This document shows positions 9,020-19,538 of a stretch of 64,000 nt of DNA, piece by piece (the first letter of the stretch is position 1; each line of letters starts with the position of its first letter). This DNA comes from Candidatus Moraniibacteriota bacterium (lineage in GTDB: Bacteria > Patescibacteriota > Minisyncoccia > Moranbacterales > UBA1568): assembly GCA_017983435.1 (NCBI GenBank), contig JAGOBM010000001.1, positions 111,916-175,915 of the forward strand. The letters are read 5' to 3'. The notes below the pieces were generated by a model. The model had not been told where the DNA came from, searched no databases, and was given only the letters and a program-made list of their open reading frames with translations. The translations under genes and the position numbers were made by a program.

Positions 9020-10276
9020 ATGCCGAAGACACCCTGGACCGAAAAGATGGATATCACAGTCTGGCGCCAGGATACGGCGCTTCTGCCTGAGCTGCCTGGC
9101 GTCTATTTTTTCTTGGACGCGGAGGGAGGGATACTCTATATCGGCAAGGCGACATCGCTCCGGGATCGGGTACGGAGCTATTTCTCGCAGGACATCATGG
9201 AGACGCGCGGGCCGAAAATCAGTCTGATGCTTGAGCGGGCCGAGACGATCGCCTATCGGGTCACCGACTCGGTGCTCGAAGCACTCTTGCTCGAGTCGCG
9301 GCTGATCAAGGAGCATCAGCCGGTCTACAATACCGACGAGAAAGACGATAAGAGCTTCAATCATGTCGTGGTAACAGACGAAGAGTTTCCTCGGATCCTC
9401 ATCGTGCGCGGCCGCGATTTCGCTCAGGGGAAATTCCGCGATCCGGTCCGGAAGATATTCGGACCGTTTCCGGCGGGGACGCAGCTGCGTGAGGTGATGA
9501 AGATCGTCCGGCGCATCTTTCCGTTCCGGGATACGTGCATTCCTGGATCCGGGAAGCCGTGCTTCCAGGCGCAGATCGGATTGTGTCCGGGTGTGTGTGC
9601 GGGGAGTATCGGGGCACCGGAATATCGTAAGCGGATCCGCGACATCGAACTTTTTTTCGAAGGCAAGAAATCATTGCTCAAGAGAGGCATGGAGCGCGCG
9701 ATGAAGGAGGCGGCGAAGGATTTGCGTTTCGAAGAGGCGGATCGGATGAAACGTCAGCTGTTTGCCGTGTCGCATATCCAGGATATGACGCTCGTGAAGG
9801 ATGATCTCCGGGAACTCAGGCTGCACCGCATCGAAGCGTATGATGTCGCACATCTCGGTGGAGAGGAGACGGTCGGGGTGATGACGGTCATCGAGCGCGG
9901 CCGACTGAACAAGGATGAGTATCGGCAGTTCGTCCTGCGCGGCGAGCATGGAGGCAATGATCTCTCCGCTCTGGAAGAAGTGCTGACGCGCCGACTCGGG
10001 CATCCGGAATGGAAGCTACCGGAAATCATCATCGTCGACGGCGCGCTGCTCCAGTACGGTGTGGCAGAGCGCGTGCTGGCACAGGCCGGACTCTCGATAC
10101 CGGTGCTCGGCGTGGTCAAAAATGCCCGGCATCATCCGGACCATCTCATCGGACCGGAGGGGCTGCGGCGGCGTTTCGAAGCGGACGCACTTCTGGTCAA
10201 TGCCGAGGCGCATCGTTTCGCTGTGGCTTTGCACCGGAAGCGGAAGCGAAAGACATTTCTCGAGTCGGGCACCTGA
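9020..10276 (+). CDS. uvrC: excinuclease ABC subunit C, short form lacking the C-terminal (HhH)2 domain
   Basis: 418 aa; N-terminal GIY-YIG (PGVYFFLDAEGGILYIGKATSLRDRVRSYF), central UVR domain, RNase H-like endonuclease domain (RIEAYDVAHLGGEETVGV); nothing after ~residue 418. Confidence 0.8.
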   Translation: MPKTPWTEKMDITVWRQDTALLPELPGVYFFLDAEGGILYIGKATSLRDRVRSYFSQDIMETRGPKISLMLERAETIAYRVTDSVLEALLLESRLIKEHQPVYNTDEKDDKSFNHVVVTDEEFPRILIVRGRDFAQGKFRDPVRKIFGPFPAGTQLREVMKIVRRIFPFRDTCIPGSGKPCFQAQIGLCPGVCAGSIGAPEYRKRIRDIELFFEGKKSLLKRGMERAMKEAAKDLRFEEADRMKRQLFAVSHIQDMTLVKDDLRELRLHRIEAYDVAHLGGEETVGVMTVIERGRLNKDEYRQFVLRGEHGGNDLSALEEVLTRRLGHPEWKLPEIIIVDGALLQYGVAERVLAQAGLSIPVLGVVKNARHHPDHLIGPEGLRRRFEADALLVNAEAHRFAVALHRKRKRKTFLESGT

Positions 10277-10288
10277 CGCCGAGTATTG

Positions 10289-10317
10289 ACTCTATACGAT
10301 ATATATGGTATAGTGGC
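10289..10317 (+). promoter_or_regulatory. sigma70-like promoter (TTGACT-17-TATAGT) upstream of small membrane protein gene
   Basis: ttgact ctatacgatatatatgg tatagt, then aaaggagg SD and ATG at 10357. Confidence 0.4.
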
Positions 10318-10356
10318 ACTTATCATCGGTATCGGATCGTTCAAAAGGAGGAAATC

Positions 10357-10683
10357 ATGAGATGGTTTTTCAGGGGAGTTCTTTGTGGGATAGGCGTCAT
10401 GGCAGTGTGGTACGGATTCGGTTTCGGATTCCTCCATGGTGCTATAGCCCTTTGCTTATCGGTGGCGGCTTTTGGTCTGCTTCTCAAGTGGCAGCGTCGG
10501 GATGCTTTGCTCCGAGAAGCGGTAGAGTGGGCCAATAGACGCCAGAAGACGGCGTTTATCGAGCAGCGAAATCGATGCGAGTCGGAACTCCGGCGTATCT
10601 TCCAGACACTGCGGGATCGCTATGGGATGTCCATCGAGGATGCCCGACAACATATCAGAGAGATGCGCCAAGCGCGTCGCTAG
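10357..10683 (+). CDS. small membrane protein (hypothetical)
   Basis: [43 protein letters not shown], two TM helices then a basic tail; strong SD aaaggagg 8 nt upstream. The longer ORF-track start 10009 overlaps uvrC and was rejected. Confidence 0.45.
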   Translation: MRWFFRGVLCGIGVMAVWYGFGFGFLHGAIALCLSVAAFGLLLKWQRRDALLREAVEWANRRQKTAFIEQRNRCESELRRIFQTLRDRYGMSIEDARQHIREMRQARR

Positions 10684-10712
10684 CCGGTACTTCAAGTACC
10701 GGCTTTTTCCTT
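10683..10712 (+). terminator. intrinsic terminator
   Basis: agccggtac-ttcaa-gtaccggct followed by tttttcc. Confidence 0.6.
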
Positions 10713-10796
10713 CCGTATTTACAGCGCGTAGGAAAGGCGATACAATGGAAAAACTGTGTATCGATTTTTTTTGTTGAACGTGGCTTTGTAAGGGGT

Positions 10797-13604
10797 ATGC
10801 CAGAAAGAAAACCGGTCATCGAAGTGCGTGGCGCTCGGGTGAACAACCTGAAGAATATCAATGTCGACATACCGCGGGATTCGCTCGTGGTAGTGACTGG
10901 TCTGTCCGGATCAGGCAAGTCATCGCTCGCTTTCGACGTCATCTTCGCAGAAGCGAATCGACGCTATGTCGAATCGCTTTCTTCATACGCGCGCAATTTT
11001 CTTGAAGGGTTCGAGAAGCCGGATGTCGATGCTATCAACAATCTTTCGCCGGCGATTTCCATCGACCAGAAGAGCGTGTCGCGCAGCCCTCGCTCCACGG
11101 TCGGCACGATGACCGAAGTCTATGATTTCCTTCGGGTGCTCTTCGCCAAGGCCGGAGAGCCGCATTGTCCGTCGTGTGGCAAGGCGCTTCTGCGGATGAC
11201 GGTGCGGCAGGTGATGGAAGAATTACTTTTGCTCCCTGATCGGATTGGCATTGTTCTTCTGGCGCACAGCAGCCAGACAGATGGCAAGCCGGAACGGGCA
11301 GCAATCGAGATGATCGATCACTGGGGGTATGTCCGGGTGCGGCGTGACGGCGAGGTGGTGCCGATCGCTGATGCGCTCGCGCTGGCTTCAACGACGGAAG
11401 AGAAACGTATCGATATCGTCATCGACCGCATCGTCATCGACCGGGCCCGTCCCGACAAGGAGCGCATCCTGGATTCTTTGGCGACGGGATTCCAGGTCGG
11501 TCAGGGGACGCTTTCGGTGGCAGTCAATGGGAGCGGAGAGGAGCGTGTCTACAATGACGAGTATCGCTGCGATGACTGTCAGGTCCGCCTTTCGGAGCCG
11601 ACCCCGAGTTTTTTCTCGTTCAATAATCCTGATGGAGCCTGTCCGAAATGCACCGGTCTCGGACGCACGCTTGAATTCGATCCTGACCTGATCATTCCGA
11701 ATCGCAACCTCTCACTGATCGAGGGGGCGATCCGCCCGTGGAGCAAGATGAACGGTGAGCGACAGCGCGAGAGCGGGCCGATGCAGGAGCTGGCCCAGCT
11801 CGCCAAGCGGTCGCATTTTTCCTGTTCAGTCCCGGTCAAGAAGCTGTCGGCCAAGCAGATGAAAGCGGTGCTCTGGGGAGAAGATGGCTGGCAGGAGGAT
11901 TCACGGAAATTCCGCGGCGTCATCGCGCTGCTCTCGGAAAAATACCGGGAGACGAAATCCGATCATCTGCGGCAGGAAATAGAGACGTTTATGCAGTCGC
12001 ATATCTGTCCGGCCTGCCAGGGGAAACGACTCAAGCCGTCATCGCTCTCGGTCAGCGTGCTTGGATATTCGATATTCGATCTGGCTGATATGAGCGCGGA
12101 GCGACTTTCGGCGATCACCAAAGAACTCAAGGCCGGTATCGTCAAGGCCGGTCACGAGAAGACCGTAATCGATACGCTGTTCCGTGAGATGGAGACGCGT
12201 CTTTTGGCGGTCGAGAAGGTCGGTCTCGGATATCTCTCACTCTCGCGGGGTGCTGATACGCTCTCAGGCGGCGAGGCACAGCGTATCCGTCTGTCCGTGC
12301 AGATGAAGTCCGGCCTCTCGGGTATCATCTATGTACTCGATGAGCCGTCAGTCGGATTGCACAGCCGCGATACGGACCGGTTGATCGGCGCATTGCTTGA
12401 TCTCAAGAGTGCCAACAATTCTCTGATCGTCGTCGAGCATGATGTCGCGATCATGCGTCAGGCGGATTACATCATCGACCTCGGACCGGGCGCCGGTACG
12501 GAGGGCGGTGAGGTGATTTTTGCGGGGACACCGGAGAGGCTTCTGAAATCCAAGACGCTGACGGGGGAATATCTTTCGGGTAAGCGGAAAGTGTCCGACA
12601 AGAAGAAGGCACGGCGCTGGAACGGGGAGAGTCTCACGGTGGTCGGCGCGAAGGAGCATAATCTCCGAGATATCGATGTCGAGATCCCTCTCGGTATGCT
12701 CGTGTCCATAGCGGGCGTATCCGGATCAGGCAAGTCATCGCTCGTCCATGACATCCTCTCGCGGGCGCTCTCGAAACATTTCTATCATGCCAAGACCGAG
12801 CCGGGGGCACACAAGAAGATCGTCGGACTCGAGAATATTGATAAGGTGATCACAGTGAATCAGGATCCGATCGGTCGGACACCCCGATCCAACGCGGCGA
12901 CCTACACTGGCGTCTTCAGTCTCATCCGCGATGTCTTCGCGGCGACTTCGGAAGCGGAGAAAGAGCGTTTTTCGGCGACGCACTTCAGCTTCAATATGAA
13001 GGGCGGCCGGTGCGAAGCCTGCCAGGGCGGCGGTTTGCGCAAGATCGAAATGTATCTCTTGCCGGATGTCTATGTACCCTGCGAAGTCTGCGGGGGGACC
13101 CGATACAATATCAAGACGTTGGCCGTCGAATATCGCGGGACGAATATCTCGCAGGTACTCCGGATGACCGTGTCGGAGGCGCGACATTTCTTCCTCGATC
13201 AGCCGCATATCGAAGAGAAGTTGCGGGTGCTCGAAGAAGTCGGTCTCGGCTATCTCGTGCTTGGGCAGAGTGCGACGAATCTCTCGGGCGGCGAGGCACA
13301 GCGTATCAAACTGGCGACCGAGCTGGCGCGCAAGTCGACCGGCAAGACGCTCTATATCCTCGATGAGCCAACTATCGGATTGCACTTCGAGGATGTGCGG
13401 CGATTGCTCGAAGTGCTTGAAGCGCTGGTCGATCGGGGCAATAGTGTGCTGGTCGTGGAGCACAATGTCGATGTCATCCGCGCTTCGGATTGGGTCATCG
13501 AGCTCGGTCCGGATGGCGGCGAGAAGGGCGGCGAACTGATTTTCTCCGGCGAGCCTACCAAACTCAAGGCCTGCAAGCGGAGCGCAACCGCGAAATATCT
13601 GTAA
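10797..13604 (+). CDS. uvrA: second UvrA paralog (excinuclease ABC subunit A family)
   Basis: 935 aa from ATG 10797 ([61 protein letters not shown]...); duplicated ABC modules and Zn fingers; aagggg SD; ORF-track N-terminal extension to 10575 rejected. Confidence 0.85.
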   Translation: MPERKPVIEVRGARVNNLKNINVDIPRDSLVVVTGLSGSGKSSLAFDVIFAEANRRYVESLSSYARNFLEGFEKPDVDAINNLSPAISIDQKSVSRSPRSTVGTMTEVYDFLRVLFAKAGEPHCPSCGKALLRMTVRQVMEELLLLPDRIGIVLLAHSSQTDGKPERAAIEMIDHWGYVRVRRDGEVVPIADALALASTTEEKRIDIVIDRIVIDRARPDKERILDSLATGFQVGQGTLSVAVNGSGEERVYNDEYRCDDCQVRLSEPTPSFFSFNNPDGACPKCTGLGRTLEFDPDLIIPNRNLSLIEGAIRPWSKMNGERQRESGPMQELAQLAKRSHFSCSVPVKKLSAKQMKAVLWGEDGWQEDSRKFRGVIALLSEKYRETKSDHLRQEIETFMQSHICPACQGKRLKPSSLSVSVLGYSIFDLADMSAERLSAITKELKAGIVKAGHEKTVIDTLFREMETRLLAVEKVGLGYLSLSRGADTLSGGEAQRIRLSVQMKSGLSGIIYVLDEPSVGLHSRDTDRLIGALLDLKSANNSLIVVEHDVAIMRQADYIIDLGPGAGTEGGEVIFAGTPERLLKSKTLTGEYLSGKRKVSDKKKARRWNGESLTVVGAKEHNLRDIDVEIPLGMLVSIAGVSGSGKSSLVHDILSRALSKHFYHAKTEPGAHKKIVGLENIDKVITVNQDPIGRTPRSNAATYTGVFSLIRDVFAATSEAEKERFSATHFSFNMKGGRCEACQGGGLRKIEMYLLPDVYVPCEVCGGTRYNIKTLAVEYRGTNISQVLRMTVSEARHFFLDQPHIEEKLRVLEEVGLGYLVLGQSATNLSGGEAQRIKLATELARKSTGKTLYILDEPTIGLHFEDVRRLLEVLEALVDRGNSVLVVEHNVDVIRASDWVIELGPDGGEKGGELIFSGEPTKLKACKRSATAKYL

Positions 13605-13635
13605 GAAATCCATAGTTCAGACGAATAAGAGGGGG

Positions 13636-13722
13636 GCGCTCCGGGAAACGCAAGAGTTTTCCCTGATGCCCGAGACTTCTGAGGCGATAGTGAAGGGAAG
13701 ACTCTTGCGTTTCCCGGAGTGT
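13636..13722 (+). repeat. F1 hairpin repeat element copy 5
   Basis: ctccgggaaacgcaagag-ttttcc-[ctgatgcccgagacttctgaggcgatagtgaagg]-gaag-actcttgcgtttcccggag; perfect 18-bp outer stem. Confidence 0.85.
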
Positions 13723-13778
13723 CCTCAATAGACAAAACATTGCGGTATTTGAAATTTGAGCTTTGATTTTTTACCAGT

Positions 13779-14690
13779 ATGTATCGTCTCTCGAAAGACA
13801 TCCTCGATACGGTCACGTACTATGACGTGTTCGACTACCCGTTGTCCGCGTTTGAGATCTGGAAACATCTTTTGACGTTGCAGGAGGAGGGCGTGCGCCC
13901 GTCTTCCTATCTGGAGGTGTACGCGGCGCTTCGGCATGAGATAGCCCGCGGGACGCTCCTGGAAGATCGGGGCTTCTATGGTCTCCGCGGACGGGAGGGG
14001 CTTTCGGTGCTCCGTATCCGGAAAGAGAAGCTGTCTGCAGCGAAGCTCCGCCGCATCAAGCAACTGGCGCGCTTCATCCGGCTGTTCCCGTATGTGCGCT
14101 TCGCCGGTGCGACTGGCAGTTTGTCGCTCAAGTATGGCGATATCGGGAGCGATTGGGATCTGTTTGTCGTGTTGCGCGCTGGGAAGATCTGGACCGGGCG
14201 GTTCATCATGACTGGCATACTGCTCCTGATGGGAAAATGGCGGCATGGACGCAAAGTGCGCAACCGGGCCTGCCTCAATTATTTCGTCACCGATGAGAGC
14301 CTGGAGATCGGGACACAGGATCTCTTCTCCGCTCATGAGTACCGTTTCATGATTCCGCTGTTCAATTATCCGCTGTTCCAGAAATTCGAGCTGAAGAACC
14401 GATGGATCGCCCGGTTCAAGCCGAACTTCTCGCTGTCGGAAATCCGGCCGATCTGGTGTGTCGGCGAGAGCCGCCAATCATTCCTGATACGCCGTACTCT
14501 CGAATCCGTCGCGGATACTTTTCCGCTCGAAAGACTCTGCGCGCAGTGGCAGAAATCGAAGATCGGCCGCAATCCGAAGACGCGCTGGGAGGGGAGTTAT
14601 ATCGAGGCGACCGATCGGGCGCTTATTTTCCTGCCTCGGCCGCGCGGACCTCGTGTGTACGAGGAGTTCAAGCGTCGCCTGAGCGTATAG
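13779..14690 (+). CDS. hypothetical protein with nucleotidyltransferase-fold-like motif
   Basis: 303 aa; RFAGATGSLSLKYGDIGSDWDLFVV fits the Pol-beta-type NTase signature G[SG]-x9-13-DxD; otherwise unrecognised. Confidence 0.35.
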   Translation: MYRLSKDILDTVTYYDVFDYPLSAFEIWKHLLTLQEEGVRPSSYLEVYAALRHEIARGTLLEDRGFYGLRGREGLSVLRIRKEKLSAAKLRRIKQLARFIRLFPYVRFAGATGSLSLKYGDIGSDWDLFVVLRAGKIWTGRFIMTGILLLMGKWRHGRKVRNRACLNYFVTDESLEIGTQDLFSAHEYRFMIPLFNYPLFQKFELKNRWIARFKPNFSLSEIRPIWCVGESRQSFLIRRTLESVADTFPLERLCAQWQKSKIGRNPKTRWEGSYIEATDRALIFLPRPRGPRVYEEFKRRLSV

Positions 14691-14744
14691 GCCGGCAGGA
14701 TTTCGTGGTATACTGGAGAAGAAATAAAAAACAAAAAGCTTGGT

Positions 14745-15965
14745 ATGCCCAAGTATTATTACACTGCAAAAAACATAGCGACGGGAGAGACGACCGGCGC
14801 TGAGGCTGAAGCGAAAGATGAGCGGGAACTGGCTACCGAGTTGCGGGCCGGCGGTTTTGTCGTGACTTCGGTCAGAGAGGTGAAGGAGCGGGCGCAGGTG
14901 CAGATACAATTCCTGGATCGCTTCATCTCTGTACCTCTCAAGGAGAAGATGATATTCACCCGCAACCTGGCGGTCATGGTGTCGTCTGGCTTGACCGTCT
15001 CGAAGGCGATCATGAACCTTTCGGTGCAGACCCAGAACCAGGCTTTCCAGAAAATCCTCCGCGAAGTGTACGACGAAGTGCAGGGCGGCAAGACGCTCTC
15101 CGAAGGACTGTCGAAATATCCGAAAGTCTTCAACGAGTTGTTCACGAGCATGGTGTATGTCGGCGAGGTCTCGGGAAATCTCGAAGAAGTGCTGGATATC
15201 CTGGCGCTGCAGCTGGAGAAGGAGCACGATATCCTCTCCAAGGTGAAAGGGGCTATGACCTATCCTCTCGTCATTCTGGTCGCGATGCTCGGTATCGGTA
15301 TTCTGATGCTGACCTATATCCTGCCGCGTATTACGGGTGTGTTCAAGGATATGGGTGTGGTCCTGCCAGCTTCGACGCGGGCTATCATGGCAGCGAGCGA
15401 TTTCCTCCGGAATCACGCTTTCATCAGTGTCGGACTCTTTTTCGGCGGCATCGTCGTGCTCAAACTCTTCGCTTCGACGGCGGTCGGCAAGCGGTTTTTC
15501 GATTGGCTCTTCATCCGTATGCCGATCGTGGGCAACATCCTCATCAAGGTGAATTGCGCCCGTTTCTCCCGTATCTACAGTTCTCTGCTCAAGAGCGGCG
15601 TCTCGGTCGTTGATTCTCTAGCTATCGTCAAGAAGACACTGTCGAATTCCTATTATAAGGATGCGATCGATGATGCGATCAGCGAGATACAGAAGGGTGT
15701 CGAGCTGAGCGTCGTTATTCTCCGGTATCCGAAGATTTTCCCGATCCTTGTCCCGCAGATCATCCAGGTTGGCGAGGAGACCGGCAAGACGGAAATGGTG
15801 TTGCGCCGACTGGCTGAATTCTACGAGGAAGAAGTCAATCAAATCACGAAAAACATGTCATCTATCATCGAGCCGGTACTGATGCTGATGATCGGCGGCG
15901 GCGTCGGGTTCTTCGCGGTGGCGATGCTCACCCCGATGTACAGCGTGATGGAGAATATTCAATAG
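14745..15965 (+). CDS. pilC: type IV pilus assembly / type II secretion platform protein PilC (GspF family)
   Basis: 406 aa, duplicated GspF domain architecture with three TM segments; tggtatact extended -10 at 14706-14714. Confidence 0.85.
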   Translation: MPKYYYTAKNIATGETTGAEAEAKDERELATELRAGGFVVTSVREVKERAQVQIQFLDRFISVPLKEKMIFTRNLAVMVSSGLTVSKAIMNLSVQTQNQAFQKILREVYDEVQGGKTLSEGLSKYPKVFNELFTSMVYVGEVSGNLEEVLDILALQLEKEHDILSKVKGAMTYPLVILVAMLGIGILMLTYILPRITGVFKDMGVVLPASTRAIMAASDFLRNHAFISVGLFFGGIVVLKLFASTAVGKRFFDWLFIRMPIVGNILIKVNCARFSRIYSSLLKSGVSVVDSLAIVKKTLSNSYYKDAIDDAISEIQKGVELSVVILRYPKIFPILVPQIIQVGEETGKTEMVLRRLAEFYEEEVNQITKNMSSIIEPVLMLMIGGGVGFFAVAMLTPMYSVMENIQ

Positions 15966-15974
15966 GAGAATGGA

Positions 15975-17360
15975 ATGGCTATGGATTTCCGTAGAAGTAT
16001 GGGATCGGGTCGAGTGGGCGGGTTCACGCTGATTGAGGCCGCTGTATTCCTTTTTATTTTCTCGGTCATTTCTGTCACGTTTTATGAGGCATGGAATCTC
16101 GGGATGCGGCATATCATGAATTCCAAGTATCGCCTGGGAGCGACAGCGGTCGCGACGCAGCAGATGGAAATCATCCGCAGTCTGATATTCGATGATATTG
16201 GGACGACGAGCGGTATCCCGACGGGCACGCTCTCGCAGGATCAGACCATCGTTGCGAATTCGAACCAGTATCAGCTGCATACCGTGGTGCAATTCGTTGA
16301 CGATGCGACGGACGGTACAGCAGGGGCCGGCACCGATATCGCGCCGAATGACTACAAGAAAGTCACACTAACGGTCTCTTGGGGAGGTGCCTCGGCATCC
16401 GAGCAGGTCGGTATGACATCGATTTTCTCTTTGGATGGAGTCGAGTCGGTGGCAGCCGGGACCGGTATCCTTTCGGTCAATATCCTGAATGGAGCCGGCG
16501 TAGGCGTAGCCAATGCCTCGGTGCATATCGTCAATGCTGCGGTTGCGCCAGCCGTAAATCTGACAGCCAGTACCGATGCCAACGGCAACCTGACATTCCC
16601 GGGAGCGCCCGCCTCCGTGCAGGGGTATGAGATTTCGGTGAGCAAGGGAGGGTATTATCCGAATATGACCTATGATCCGTATCCGACATCAGTCTTCAAC
16701 CCGGTCAATACGCATGCCTCTATCGTCGCTGGCAGTCTGACGGCCGCCACTATCGTCGCTGATGAGCAATCGGATATTGAATTGCATTCGAAGGATCCAT
16801 TCGATGTGGATATTCCGGATATTGATTTCTCGATCAGTGGAGGTTTGGTGATCGGTACGGATATCGCCACGAGCGCCCCGGTGTATGATTTCACCCAAAC
16901 AAGCGTCACGGATGGAAGCGGAGCACTCACCTTTCCAGACCGGAGCGCCGGGGTGTATGCGCTCACGCTGGATGCGAGCGAATCCGGCTATGAGTATCTC
17001 CGGCTTGATCCGGAAGAGACGACGTTTGGCACTATCAATCTGACTCCTGGGACGACTGAATCGGTGAAGCTGGTGCTGGCGGACAAGGCCTTGAGTTCGG
17101 CGCTGGTCTCGGCGAAGAATGGAACAGATAACTCTCCGATTGCTGGTGCTTCGGTGAGACTGTTCAATGCCACACTCGGTTATGATACGACGATTGCGGC
17201 GGATATCTATGGTCAGGCATATTTCCCGACGAGCAATACGCCGCTCGTGGCCGGTACCTACGATATCGAAGTGAGCGCTTCCGGGTTTACGACCGCAACC
17301 GATACCATGACTCTCGCAGGCACGGTGCTGACCAAGAAAACCGTGACCCTTTCTCCGTAG
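15975..17360 (+). CDS. large type IV pilin-like protein (prepilin leader + long C-terminal beta-rich domain)
   Basis: MAMDFRRSMGSGRVGG^FTLIEAAVFLFIF class III signal peptide (G/FTLIE); 461 aa Thr/Ser/Gly-rich; aggag SD. Confidence 0.7.
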   Translation: MAMDFRRSMGSGRVGGFTLIEAAVFLFIFSVISVTFYEAWNLGMRHIMNSKYRLGATAVATQQMEIIRSLIFDDIGTTSGIPTGTLSQDQTIVANSNQYQLHTVVQFVDDATDGTAGAGTDIAPNDYKKVTLTVSWGGASASEQVGMTSIFSLDGVESVAAGTGILSVNILNGAGVGVANASVHIVNAAVAPAVNLTASTDANGNLTFPGAPASVQGYEISVSKGGYYPNMTYDPYPTSVFNPVNTHASIVAGSLTAATIVADEQSDIELHSKDPFDVDIPDIDFSISGGLVIGTDIATSAPVYDFTQTSVTDGSGALTFPDRSAGVYALTLDASESGYEYLRLDPEETTFGTINLTPGTTESVKLVLADKALSSALVSAKNGTDNSPIAGASVRLFNATLGYDTTIAADIYGQAYFPTSNTPLVAGTYDIEVSASGFTTATDTMTLAGTVLTKKTVTLSP

Positions 17361-17361
17361 A

Positions 17362-18009
17362 ATGATATCTACTATGGCTATGCGCTGGCAGAAGAAAAAA
17401 TTGAAAGGGATGTCGCTCGTGGAGATGCTCATGGCGATTTTCATCCTGCTCATCGGGATGGAAGGGGTCACGATGCTCCTGATGAATAGCGTCCGGAATA
17501 ACAAATTCATCCTGGAGACGGGCAATGCGTCGCTCATGGCTTCCCGGGGGGTCAACCGGATAGTGAGTGAGATCCGCAAGGTCCGCCAGGCAGACAACGG
17601 CGATTACCCGGTCGAATCAGGCGACCAGTTCGATCTCAAAGTCTATATGGATGTCGATGGCGATGGGACGACCGAGCGGGTGCATTACTATCTCAGTGGT
17701 GGGACGATCTATCGCGGTATCACTGAGCCGACAGCTACGGTTCCGATCACGTATCCGAACGGGGATGAGACGACGGAAGTCTTCGTGAACTATATCTCGA
17801 ATACCAATGCGCAGCCGGTCTTCTCTTATTACAATCGTGATTATCCGAGCGATATCGTCAACAATCCGCTCGCCACGCCGGTAGCCGTGGAGAACGTGCG
17901 TCTGATCAAGATCCATCTCCTGGTGAATATCGATCCGATCAACGCACCGAACAACGTCAATGTGGAATCTTTCGCCGAGCTTCGCAATCTCAATAATTAT
18001 ACGTACTAA
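17362..18009 (+). CDS. type IV (pseudo)pilin-like protein
   Basis: MRWQKKKLKG^MSLVEMLMAIFILLIGMEG prepilin-type N-terminal cleavage/methylation motif. Confidence 0.7.
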   Translation: MISTMAMRWQKKKLKGMSLVEMLMAIFILLIGMEGVTMLLMNSVRNNKFILETGNASLMASRGVNRIVSEIRKVRQADNGDYPVESGDQFDLKVYMDVDGDGTTERVHYYLSGGTIYRGITEPTATVPITYPNGDETTEVFVNYISNTNAQPVFSYYNRDYPSDIVNNPLATPVAVENVRLIKIHLLVNIDPINAPNNVNVESFAELRNLNNYTY

Positions 18010-18014
18010 GGCCT

Positions 18015-19472
18015 ATGCGCTCTGTCAGAAAAGGATCGGCTATCGCGTATGCGCTGATGGTGACGGCGACGGCGGCTATCCTCTTGACCTCCATTGTCGG
18101 GTTTGTGGTTTCGCAGCTGCAGTACAGTATGAAGCAGCATGATCGCGAAGAGGCTCTGCAGATTGCGGAGGCGGGTATTCATTTCTACAAATGGTATCTT
18201 GCTCATCAGCTTGATGGCCGGACTGCGAGCCAGGTACAGGCGTTCTGGTCTGGTGGGACGGCTCTCGGTCAGTCATCAGCTTATGTCGGGACCTATTCCA
18301 ACGGGCAGTACAGCATCGTTGTCACGCCGCCCGCAACTGGATCGACTATCGTCTATATCACCTCAAGCGGGCATACGACGTCGAATCCAGGATTGGAGCG
18401 GACGATCAAAGTGCGTCTGCGCCGGCCATCGTGGAGTGAGAGCGCTGTGGTGGCGAATGACTTCATGCGCTTCGGCGCGGGGACAGAGGTCTACGGGAAA
18501 ATCCATTCCAATTCCGGTATCCGCTTCGACGGCGTAGCGCACAATCTTGTCTCGAGCTCGGTTGATCAGTACAATGATCCGGATCATACCGGAAGTAATG
18601 AATTCGGCGTGCATACGCACGTCAATGTGCCTCCTGCGACTGGAATCAACAGTGCGTATCGTGCCGCTGAGGCACCACCGAGTGCGGTCCCGAGCCGGAC
18701 GGATGTCTTTGAAGCCGGGCGACAATTCCCGGTGGCCACCGTCGATTTCAATGGCATTCTCGGTGATCTCTCGCTCATGAAATCCGAAGCGCAGGCCGGA
18801 CGGGGCCGGTATTTCGATAATACGGGGCAGGGACGGCGCATTATCCTGAAATCCAACGGTACCTATGATGTCTGCACCGTGAACTCTTTCGTCGCATCGA
18901 CCAATGAGATCAATCAGTATAGGCGGAACTCCGGGAGCGGTACCTGTGGCACCTGCTCTGGAGCGTGTCTTTCGAATTATCCGATCATCGACAACGGGGT
19001 TATCTTTGTCGAGAATAATATTTGGATCGAGGGGACGATTGATACCAAGAAGATTTCTGTCGTAGCTGCCAATCTCACTTCGGCTTCGGTGAAGAGCGTC
19101 TATATCAGCCGGGATATCCGCTACGCGCATGCGAACTGCTCGGAGATCATCGGTATCATCGGTCAGCAGGATGTGGAGATCACCCGGGATAGTAACAACT
19201 TTTTGACCATCGACGCAGCGCTGATGGCGCAGAGCGGACGGGTCGGGCGTTCCAATTATACCGGCATAAATGCGATCCGCAATACGATCACGATCAATGG
19301 GGCGCTCGTGAGTAATCAGCGCTACGGGTTCGCCTGGGCGGATAGTATGGGCAATCATGTGTCCGGCTATCAGAATCGGAACCTGTATTACGACAACAAT
19401 CTGTTGTACTGTCCGCCGCCGTATTTTCCGACCGGGACGAATTATCTGGTCGATCTTTGGGAAGAGCTCTAG
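18015..19472 (+). CDS. pilus-associated large protein (PilX/minor-pilin-like N-terminus)
   Basis: N-terminal hydrophobic helix KGSAIAYALMVTATAAILLTSIVGFVVSQL then a 450-aa Gly/Ser/Asn-rich domain; located in the pilin block. Confidence 0.45.
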   Translation: MRSVRKGSAIAYALMVTATAAILLTSIVGFVVSQLQYSMKQHDREEALQIAEAGIHFYKWYLAHQLDGRTASQVQAFWSGGTALGQSSAYVGTYSNGQYSIVVTPPATGSTIVYITSSGHTTSNPGLERTIKVRLRRPSWSESAVVANDFMRFGAGTEVYGKIHSNSGIRFDGVAHNLVSSSVDQYNDPDHTGSNEFGVHTHVNVPPATGINSAYRAAEAPPSAVPSRTDVFEAGRQFPVATVDFNGILGDLSLMKSEAQAGRGRYFDNTGQGRRIILKSNGTYDVCTVNSFVASTNEINQYRRNSGSGTCGTCSGACLSNYPIIDNGVIFVENNIWIEGTIDTKKISVVAANLTSASVKSVYISRDIRYAHANCSEIIGIIGQQDVEITRDSNNFLTIDAALMAQSGRVGRSNYTGINAIRNTITINGALVSNQRYGFAWADSMGNHVSGYQNRNLYYDNNLLYCPPPYFPTGTNYLVDLWEEL

Positions 19473-19538
19473 CTCCGTTTCGTGGGTACGGATGTGGTAT
19501 GATAGAAAGAACAGCGTTGCAGCGAAAATAAAAACAAA

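Noticed and set aside
10575-10796. N-terminal 74-aa extension of the second uvrA as given in the ORF track (start 10575)
   Set aside because: The extension overlaps the upstream small membrane gene and its terminator and encodes R/G/P-rich junk; ATG 10797 has an SD and yields a canonical UvrA N-terminus.
16689-17597. 302-aa minus-strand ORF antisense to the large pilin gene
   Set aside because: Overlaps a + strand gene with a bona fide prepilin signal peptide; Arg-rich junk-like composition.
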